A stretch of 64,000 nucleotides of DNA from Candidatus Limnocylindrus sp. (lineage in GTDB: Bacteria > Chloroflexota > Limnocylindria > Limnocylindrales > Limnocylindraceae). Numbering within the stretch: position 1 is the stretch's first letter; each line of letters starts with the position of its first letter. Location: the NCBI GenBank assembly GCA_040397175.1, contig JBBAWM010000001.1, positions 281,976-345,975 on the forward strand. Reading direction: 5' to 3'. Both the position numbers and the translations under genes were made by a program. Below the pieces are notes generated by a model. The model was not told the DNA's origin. It was given only the letters and a program-made list of their open reading frames with translations, and did no database searches. This document shows, in pieces, positions 9,547 through 16,645 of this stretch.

Positions 9547-10929
9547 TTACCGGAAGAGGTCCCAATCGGGGGGCATCAGGCTCGATCGAGCACTCCCATC
9601 CTCTGCAACCTGAGGGTGCGCGCCGCGGATCAGGGCGAGCGGACGGCGGGCGGTCTTGCCGAGGGCGAGCTCAGCGGTGGCGGCGATCTGGTCTGCAACA
9701 GCGCGCACCGTCGCGGCCATCATTCGTCCATCGGCGTCGGGCTTACCGCGCAGATCTTCAAGCGCCGCAATGCCAGCCACGCCGATCGCAACGTCGGTGA
9801 TGCCGAGGCGCCATGGGCGACCGAAGGAGTCGGTGATGATCACGCCAGGCGCCACGCCGGTGCGCAGGCGAATCGCTTCGCGAATTGCGCGTGCCGAGCC
9901 ATCGGGATCGCGTGGCAGGAGTGTCACCACCTCGCCGCTCCGTGGACCAACGTTGCTGGCGTCAACGCCAGAGTTCGCGAGGACAAATCCGTGCGACGTC
10001 TCCGTGATGATCACTCCGCGATCCATGCGCACCACGCGAATCGCCTCTTGCAGCACCACTTCGACCTGGCGTGGGTCGCGACTCCACTTCGCGGCGTACT
10101 CCACCGCCTCTGGGCGTGGCGTGATGGTGGCTAGCTCAACGATGGCCCCCTCTGCCTTTGAAACGATCTTCTGGGTAACGGCGATCACGTCGTCACCGCG
10201 TAGGCCGCCGATCGCACCGGTCGCTGTGGCTGTCGCCACACAGCTCGCGATCATGGCTGGCAGGTCGTCGCCTGGCTGGATTTCACCGAGGCCGTCAATG
10301 GGGAGTGCGAGCAGACCCTCGGTTGGTGTTGGCGTGGCGACTGATCGCTCGCGCTCCAGCGCAGCCTTCAGGTCGTCGGGGGTATCGAGGTCGGCGGCGA
10401 GTGGCGAGCTGAGCGACTCTACCGTGCCTCCATCACGGCTCAGCTCGCTGCGATGTGCCTCGGCACTATTCGGCCCGAACCGTGGGGTAAACGCGTTCGG
10501 GAGCCGCACCATCAGCGCGGAGGTGCCGCCATCGGGCGAGGCGAGAAGGCCAGGTTGTGCGCCTGACCAATCGCGAATCAGTGAATCAATGTTTGCCGCC
10601 GAAATTTCGGCAAGGTCCACGGGCAGGATCAGCACTGCAGTTGCGCCGCTCGTCGCTGCGCGGCGCACACCGAGCGCGATCGCCGAATTCAGTTCAACAC
10701 CGCCGTCGTCGAGCGCCTCATGTCCGCCGCTGCGCGCCAAGGCGCGGGCGAGAGGATCAGGCGAGACCAGGATCACGTTGCCGATACTGGCGGCGCGACC
10801 GAGTGCCAAGAGGGTGCGCTCAAGGAGGCGCGCGGAGAACTCGCGCCGCTCATCCTCACCGAGGAGCGGCGCCATGCGCGACTTCGCGGAGTCGATCGAT
10901 CGAAAGGGGAGGACAGCGGTGACGGTCAC
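9547..10929 (-). CDS. cofC-cofE: Fused CofC (guanylyltransferase) and CofE (F420-0:gamma-glutamyl ligase)
   Basis: N-terminal AKSRM, DL, GGTS, FGPNS and DLDTPDDL; C-terminal TQKIVSKAEG, ANSGVDASN and DSFGRPWRLG; single open frame. Confidence 0.9.
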   Translation of the reverse strand: MTVTAVLPFRSIDSAKSRMAPLLGEDERREFSARLLERTLLALGRAASIGNVILVSPDPLARALARSGGHEALDDGGVELNSAIALGVRRAATSGATAVLILPVDLAEISAANIDSLIRDWSGAQPGLLASPDGGTSALMVRLPNAFTPRFGPNSAEAHRSELSRDGGTVESLSSPLAADLDTPDDLKAALERERSVATPTPTEGLLALPIDGLGEIQPGDDLPAMIASCVATATATGAIGGLRGDDVIAVTQKIVSKAEGAIVELATITPRPEAVEYAAKWSRDPRQVEVVLQEAIRVVRMDRGVIITETSHGFVLANSGVDASNVGPRSGEVVTLLPRDPDGSARAIREAIRLRTGVAPGVIITDSFGRPWRLGITDVAIGVAGIAALEDLRGKPDADGRMMAATVRAVADQIAATAELALGKTARRPLALIRGAHPQVAEDGSARSSLMPPDWDLFR

Positions 10930-11873
10930 GAAACGGCGAGAACGGCGCGTGCTACGGCAAGTCGTGCTGCATCGTCGGTCATGACGATCGGCGCAGCAAC
11001 GCTCTTGTGAACATGCGGCGCGATTGCGGCGGCAAGGGTGGGAGTGAGGTCTGATGTCTCAACGAGGAGTGCATCCATGAGGCCGGTCAGATGCTTGGCG
11101 ACACCCGCTGGTGAGACGTCGAGCCCTGCGGCGGCGAGCATGCGATCGGCTGGCCCCTTTAGTGCCTTCCCGCCAACGATCGGTGAGATTCCGACAACGA
11201 GTGCGCCACGAGCACGTGCCGCAGCGATCGCCTCGCGAATCCCGGGGATCGCAAGGATCGGGCCGATCGAGATCAACGGATTCGATGGTGCAATCACGAT
11301 GCGCTCGGCTGTGGCAAGGGCATCAAGGGTTTCAGCGGTTGGGTGCGCCGACTGGGCACCGTCGAAGGCCACCTCAAGGACCTCGGGCTTCGCCTGAGCG
11401 CCGACGAACCACGGCTGGAACTCCATCCAGCCACTCTCGGTGCGCAGGCGCGTGCGAAGCGGGTCGTCGGTCGCCATGAGGATCGGCGCTTCGGTGAGTC
11501 CGAGCTTGCGTTGGATCTCGCGATTCACCTCGGTGAGTCGTCCACCAGCGCGCAGCTGCGCGGTGCGATGAATGTGCAGTGCAAGGTCGCGATCACCGAG
11601 TCGGAACCAGTCGGGGGCGCCGATCTTGCCGAACTGCTCGAGGGCATTCCACGTTTCACCAGCGAGGCCCCAGCCGCGCTCGCGGTCGCCGAGATCGGCG
11701 AGCGTGTAGAGCAGGGTGTCGTGGTCTGGGCAGATCGTGAGGCCGTGTAACTCGAAATCGTCGCCGGCGTTCGCGATGATCGAGAGGTCTCCTACCGGTA
11801 GAGCCGCACGGAGGCCGTGGGCGAGCTTCGCGCCGCCTACGCCACCGGCCAGGAGTGCGACGCGCGGACTCAC
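10926..11873 (-). CDS. cofD: 2-phospho-L-lactate/PEP transferase CofD (FbiA)
   Basis: LAGGVGGAKL, GDD, CPDHDT, WFRLGDRD, PSNPLISIGP and KGPAD; GTG at 11873 overlaps the upstream stop. Confidence 0.93.
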   Translation of the reverse strand: MSPRVALLAGGVGGAKLAHGLRAALPVGDLSIIANAGDDFELHGLTICPDHDTLLYTLADLGDRERGWGLAGETWNALEQFGKIGAPDWFRLGDRDLALHIHRTAQLRAGGRLTEVNREIQRKLGLTEAPILMATDDPLRTRLRTESGWMEFQPWFVGAQAKPEVLEVAFDGAQSAHPTAETLDALATAERIVIAPSNPLISIGPILAIPGIREAIAAARARGALVVGISPIVGGKALKGPADRMLAAAGLDVSPAGVAKHLTGLMDALLVETSDLTPTLAAAIAPHVHKSVAAPIVMTDDAARLAVARAVLAVS

Positions 11874-12865
11874 GCGGTCAGTGCGGGGAGCACCTCGCGC
11901 CCGAAGGCGGCGGCCCACTCGGCTTGGTTCCGGCCCACGTTGTGCAGGTAGATCTTGTCAAAGCCCATGTCGAGGTAGCGCTGAATGGTCTTGCGGTGCG
12001 TCTCAAGATCACTCGAGATCACCATCCGCCCAGCGAAATCCTCTGGCCGTACGAGCTTCGCCATCTGCTGGAAGTCGGTTGGGTTGCGAATGTCTTGCTT
12101 CGGGAACTTCATGCCGCCGTTTGGCCACTCGCGCATTGCGTTGGCCAGCGCCTCCTCGTCGGTTGCAGCCCACGAGAGGTGCAGCTGCAGAATCTTTGGC
12201 ATGGTGTCTGGGTTCTTTCCAGCCGCGCGCGCGCCCTCGGCGAACTTGTCGAACACGGTCTGGATCTTCTCGTCGGCGGCGCCCACTGTGATGATGCCGT
12301 CGCAGAGTTCGCCCGTTTTCTTGGCGGTGATGGGGCCGGCGGTTGCAACATAGATTGGTGGTGGGGCAGGAGGGAGCGTCCAGAGGCGCGTGCTTTCGAG
12401 TTGGTACCAGCTACCAGAGTGCTTGACCTCCTTGCCGGTGAAGAGCTTGCGGATGATCTCGATCGCCTCGAACATGCGGGCGATGCGCTCACCAACCTCG
12501 GGCCAGTAGCCGCCCACGACATGTTCATTCAGCGCCTCACCAGAGCCGAGTCCGAGCCAGTGTCGACCCGGATACATCGCCTCAAGGGTGGCCGACGCCT
12601 GTGCAACTGTTGCTGGGTGCATGCGCCAACCGGGACAGGTGACGCCAGGGCCAACATCGCCCTTGGTGCGTTCGGCGAGAAGTGTCATGACGTTCCAAAC
12701 AAATGGCGCAGAGCCCTGCTCGGGCACCCATGGCTGGAAGTGATCGGCGGCCATGACGCCGCTGAAGCCTGCCTGCTCGGCGGCTACGGAGTAGTCGACC
12801 ACCTCGGTCGGCCCGAACTGCTCGAGCATCGCGGCGTAGCCGATCTTTGCGGCCCCGTTACCCAT
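11870..12865 (-). CDS. F420-dependent luciferase-like oxidoreductase (G6PDH/FGD-like family)
   Basis: ADHFQPW, GVTCP, GSGEALNEH and LHLSWA motifs; coupled to cofD. Confidence 0.88.
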   Translation of the reverse strand: MGNGAAKIGYAAMLEQFGPTEVVDYSVAAEQAGFSGVMAADHFQPWVPEQGSAPFVWNVMTLLAERTKGDVGPGVTCPGWRMHPATVAQASATLEAMYPGRHWLGLGSGEALNEHVVGGYWPEVGERIARMFEAIEIIRKLFTGKEVKHSGSWYQLESTRLWTLPPAPPPIYVATAGPITAKKTGELCDGIITVGAADEKIQTVFDKFAEGARAAGKNPDTMPKILQLHLSWAATDEEALANAMREWPNGGMKFPKQDIRNPTDFQQMAKLVRPEDFAGRMVISSDLETHRKTIQRYLDMGFDKIYLHNVGRNQAEWAAAFGREVLPALTA

Positions 12866-12873
12866 CTCGCCCC

Positions 12874-13305
12874 CTACTCCTGGCTCGCGGCGGGCTTACC
12901 GTGCGCGAAGACCTGATCTGGATTGATGGTGATCACGATACGCTCCATCGCGCTCAGGCGAGCGATCGTGCTCGCCAGGAGTGCCGGATCGGTGAGGTAT
13001 TTGGCCGCCACCCGTTGGAGTTGGGCCTGCCCACGCTCCTGGTCGTCATCGATCTGTACACGCCCAAGGATCTGGACGTAGTCGTAGCGGTCTTCGACCA
13101 TGAACGAACAGCGGGGGTCGCGCCGGAGATTGGCGGGCCAGCGCCGCCCCCCAGCGGTGTTCACGATGATCGAATCGCCCTCCAGGGCGTACCAGACCAC
13201 GGCTGCAAAGGGGGCACCGTCGGCATCGATCGTGGAGATCGTGCCGAAGCGGGGTCGGTCAAGGAAGGTTCGAATCGCGGGATCGTGGATTCCTCTTGGG
13301 CTCAT
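12874..13305 (-). CDS. PPOX-class F420-dependent oxidoreductase (split beta-barrel)
   Basis: STIDADGAP, VWY, NLRRDPR and YVQILG; start reassigned to ATG 13305. Confidence 0.85.
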   Translation of the reverse strand: MSPRGIHDPAIRTFLDRPRFGTISTIDADGAPFAAVVWYALEGDSIIVNTAGGRRWPANLRRDPRCSFMVEDRYDYVQILGRVQIDDDQERGQAQLQRVAAKYLTDPALLASTIARLSAMERIVITINPDQVFAHGKPAASQE

Positions 13306-13372
13306 GAGGCGTACGCTACACGCAACGGAGCCCGCCGTCCTTAGGCGGGCCCAGAAGTTGCGGAGGTGCTCC

Positions 13373-14152
13373 ATGGCCCAGATCCATCTTCACGCCGAGA
13401 GCGGCGATTACGCCCCAATCGTCCTGATGCCAGGAGACCCGAATCGTTCCAAGCGGATCGCGGCCCGATTCGACGGCGGCCTGGAGAAGGCGAAGTTGGT
13501 CAACGAGCACCGTGGCCTCCTCGGCTACACGGGAACCATCAACGGCGTGCCGGTCAGCGTGCAAACGACGGGGATGGGAACGCCAACCACCAGTATCGTC
13601 ATGGAGGAGCTGCTGAACCTCGGTGTCGAGACGTTTGTGCGCATCGGCACCTGTGGTGGCTTCCTGCATCTTGAGACGGGCGATGTGATTGTCGCGTCGG
13701 CGGCGGTCGCCAGCAGCGGCATCGGGCCCATCCTTGGATTCGACGAGCCAACGGCGCCAACCGCCGACTTTGATGTGACCAACGTCCTGGTTGCGGCTGC
13801 AAAGACCAAGGGCTTGACCACCCATGTTGGCCCGATCGTGACCTCTGATGTCTTCTACGATCCGAACCCCCTCGGCACCGCACGGTGGGGTGCGCGCGGC
13901 TATCTCGGCGTTGAGATGGAGTCGGCGGCAATGTTCTTGTTGGCGATGCGCGAGCGCGCCAAGGGGCGACCGGTTCGCGCGGGAACGATTTTGACGGTGT
14001 CCGACACCATTCGCGATCCAAAGGTTGTCGCTGAGGCGCGCAAGGGCGGCAGTGAGCCGTGGTACCGACTTCCTGAAGATGAGCTGATCAAGCGCATTGA
14101 TTTAACGATCGGCGCCGCGCTGAAGGCCGCCGCGACGCTCGGCGCTCGCTAG
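13373..14152 (+). CDS. deoD: Purine nucleoside phosphorylase, DeoD type
   Basis: MPGDPNR, GMGTPT, RIGTCG, SDVFY, GVEMESAA and TVSD; ATG 13373 with GGAGG SD. Confidence 0.9.
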   Translation: MAQIHLHAESGDYAPIVLMPGDPNRSKRIAARFDGGLEKAKLVNEHRGLLGYTGTINGVPVSVQTTGMGTPTTSIVMEELLNLGVETFVRIGTCGGFLHLETGDVIVASAAVASSGIGPILGFDEPTAPTADFDVTNVLVAAAKTKGLTTHVGPIVTSDVFYDPNPLGTARWGARGYLGVEMESAAMFLLAMRERAKGRPVRAGTILTVSDTIRDPKVVAEARKGGSEPWYRLPEDELIKRIDLTIGAALKAAATLGAR

Positions 14153-14163
14153 TCCGTTCACCC

Positions 14164-15012
14164 GTGACGCGAACTACGCCGCTCCCAATCGGCGTCGCCC
14201 TCGGCACCATTGGCCTGGAAGGGGATGCGTGGCTGCGCGCCGCGGCGCTCTTGGCGACAGCGCCGATCGATCGGCTCTGGATCTGGGATCACCTGATGGG
14301 GCGTGGTGCTCCAGATCGCCCGGTGCTTGAGGCAACGAGCCTCGCCGCCGCAGCCCTCGCGCTGAACCCGAATCTGCATGTCGGCACGCTGGTGCTCGAT
14401 GTTTCGAAGCGGCACCCTGCGCTCACCGCAAAGATTGCGGCAACGCTCGATGCGATCGCTCCGGGGCGATTTACGCTCGGCATTGGTGCTGGAGGTGATG
14501 TTGCGGAGCATGATGCGCTGGGCATCCCCTATGGCGAGGTGGGTGAGCGCATTGCGGCGCTGGCCGCACAGGTGGTGGTCGCGCGCGCGATGTTGGACGG
14601 CGAGCCGAGTCAGCGCCTAACACTCACCGCGCCTGGCAGCCTGAACGGTGCGGCGAGCGCCCCCCGCCCAGGCGCTCGTCTGCGATTGCTGATCGCCGGT
14701 GATCATCCGAGTTCGATCAGCCTTGCAGCGGCGTCCGCTGATGAGTGGGTGGCACCAGCGGCGACATTCGCCGTGGGGCTTGCACGGTTGCGCGAGGGGG
14801 AACGAGCGGCAGGTCGTGCCAAGCCCCCAGTACGAACACACATGCTGCACCAGCTGAGCGCGAGCGAGAGGTTGATCGAATCGCCATTCGGAAGCGATCC
14901 GAAGGGGACGTTGGCTGAGGCTCACGCAGCGGGAGCCGATGGATTGATCGTGACGGTGCGGACTGAACGCGATGTGGAAGACGCCCTCCAACTCTTGGAG
15001 AAACTGCGATGA
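14164..15012 (+). CDS. Luciferase-like (LLM) flavin/F420-dependent oxidoreductase, divergent
   Basis: LWIWDH, GTLV, RHPALTAK..ATLD and GRFTLGIGAG. Confidence 0.75.
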   Translation: MTRTTPLPIGVALGTIGLEGDAWLRAAALLATAPIDRLWIWDHLMGRGAPDRPVLEATSLAAAALALNPNLHVGTLVLDVSKRHPALTAKIAATLDAIAPGRFTLGIGAGGDVAEHDALGIPYGEVGERIAALAAQVVVARAMLDGEPSQRLTLTAPGSLNGAASAPRPGARLRLLIAGDHPSSISLAAASADEWVAPAATFAVGLARLREGERAAGRAKPPVRTHMLHQLSASERLIESPFGSDPKGTLAEAHAAGADGLIVTVRTERDVEDALQLLEKLR

Positions 15013-15019
15013 TGTCGGC

Positions 15020-15481
15020 ATGAGCGAAGTGCAGGACCGCAATCAGTTTCAACCGTGCGTTCGTTGTGGCGCGCCAGTCTCGTTGCAGACGGCGCTCTGC
15101 GAGCGTTGCAACCCGCTTGGCCTGGCGCAACCGTCGGCGAGCCAGAGTCACGGCACAGTCTTCCTCGGGATCGGCGCCGCCGTGCTCCTTCTGGCGGCCC
15201 TGGCTGGCAGCTCCTCACGCGGGATCGGGCCATTCACCGCGACAATGAGCGCGGGAAGTTCCGTGCCTGGCGGGCTTTCGGTGGCCATCACCATCACGAA
15301 CACGGGGAGAACCGCAGGGTCAGCTACCTGCCAGGTCACCACGAGCGTCATCGGCAGTGCGGGCCTCTCCGAAATCATCTCCACACCGCGTATCGAGCCA
15401 GGGGCAACGACCACCGTCGATCGTCAGCTCAAGAGCTTTGGGAGTGACCCTATCCCCCTGGCGATCTCCTGCGGCGGCTAG
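15020..15481 (+). CDS. Hypothetical membrane protein: zinc ribbon, TM helix, Ig-like beta domain
   Basis: CVRC...CERC, hydrophobic segment VFLGIGAAVLLLAALA, then ITNTG...ATC and IEPGATTT; ATG 15020. Confidence 0.65.
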   Translation: MSEVQDRNQFQPCVRCGAPVSLQTALCERCNPLGLAQPSASQSHGTVFLGIGAAVLLLAALAGSSSRGIGPFTATMSAGSSVPGGLSVAITITNTGRTAGSATCQVTTSVIGSAGLSEIISTPRIEPGATTTVDRQLKSFGSDPIPLAISCGG

Positions 15482-16017
15482 TTCGCGGCTGAACCCTCTT
15501 CAATGATGCGCTTGAGATGGCGCAGATCCGACCGAAAGATTGAGCCCAGGATCGGTCGCTGAACGAACCCTCCAAGGTTTGCAAAGAGTGGTGGTCGCAG
15601 GTACTCCATCCAATCGATGCGCGTGTGCGTTGCATCAATTTCTGTGAAGCGCAGCAGCCCTTCACCAACGAACCTCCCCTCGTGTCGAATGGCGAAGGTG
15701 CTCGGTGGATCAACCTGCGTGATCACCACATCGTCGGTGGTTGAGATTCCGAAGATGCGCACGGTAGCCCGCCCACGTGAACCGGGCTGAATTGGTGGCG
15801 GCGTGAGCATCTCGACGCGCTTCATCTCATGCATCCATTCCGGCTGACGAGCAATATCCGAGGCATACGCCCACACCGCAGTTCGCGGTGCGGCAATCTC
15901 AATCGTGAGGTTGATCTCGGGCCGTCCGATTTTTTTCGCAGCGATCAGTAGCCCGAGGAGCTGCTCGACGACGACTGCGCCAAAAATGCCAAGCGCAGCG
16001 ATCAGGAGCAGGGCCAT
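15478..16017 (-). CDS. SRPBCC (polyketide cyclase/START-like) protein with N-terminal TM helix
   Basis: IEIAAPRTAVWAYASD..RQPEW pattern; TAATG coupling to pncA. Confidence 0.75.
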   Translation of the reverse strand: MALLLIAALGIFGAVVVEQLLGLLIAAKKIGRPEINLTIEIAAPRTAVWAYASDIARQPEWMHEMKRVEMLTPPPIQPGSRGRATVRIFGISTTDDVVITQVDPPSTFAIRHEGRFVGEGLLRFTEIDATHTRIDWMEYLRPPLFANLGGFVQRPILGSIFRSDLRHLKRIIEEGSAAN

Positions 16018-16607
16018 TAGCAGAGCACTCCGCCCGCCGATTCAATTGCTTGCAGTGCGGCGGCGGTGTCGCCGTCGTGCAGTTCGACACCTGCTGATGC
16101 GGCGACCGCCACCTCAACCGTGAACCCTGCAGCGAGTGCGTCGAGGGCCGTGGCCTTAACGCACCAATCGGTCGCAAGGCCACAGACCGTCACGAGGGTT
16201 ACGCCAGCGTTGTGGAGGAGCGCTGCAAGCTCTGTGGAGCGCACCTCGCCGGTGATCGGGTTGCGCAGTGAGAATGCGCTGTAGCCATCTTCGCCCGCGA
16301 CCCCTTTACGAATCACGATATCACCGGGCCGCTGGGCGAGGACCGCCTCCGGAAGAAGTTCTGCCCCTGGGCTCCCGGCGACGCAGTGCATCGGCCAGGA
16401 GCCACCCTGCGGGGCGAAGTGCGGCGTGCTCTCGGGGTGCCAGTCCTGGCTCCACACGACGAGCTCGCCGTGGGTGCGTGCGCGCTCAACCAGGCGCAGC
16501 ACGTGCGGGAGGGCGGCGGGGGCACCTGACACGAAGAGCCGCCCTGCAGGGTCGCCGAAGTCAACCTGAAGGTCCATGATCAGGAGGGCGCGCTGTGGCT
16601 TTGCCAT
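16017..16607 (-). CDS. pncA: Nicotinamidase/pyrazinamidase
   Basis: DLQVDF, DWHP, WPMHC, RKG, YSAF and GLATDWCV; start at ATG 16607. Confidence 0.9.
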   Translation of the reverse strand: MAKPQRALLIMDLQVDFGDPAGRLFVSGAPAALPHVLRLVERARTHGELVVWSQDWHPESTPHFAPQGGSWPMHCVAGSPGAELLPEAVLAQRPGDIVIRKGVAGEDGYSAFSLRNPITGEVRSTELAALLHNAGVTLVTVCGLATDWCVKATALDALAAGFTVEVAVAASAGVELHDGDTAAALQAIESAGGVLC

Positions 16608-16645
16608 ACCCACATCCTCGCACGGGGCGCTACCCTTGGGGAATC

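Noticed and set aside
9656-10984. Long antisense or alternate-frame ORFs (also 3373-4311, 11855-12916, 25804-26868, 61963-63231 and many others)
   Set aside because: They shadow well-supported genes, are Arg/Ser/Ala-rich without motifs, and are expected from stop-codon scarcity at high GC.
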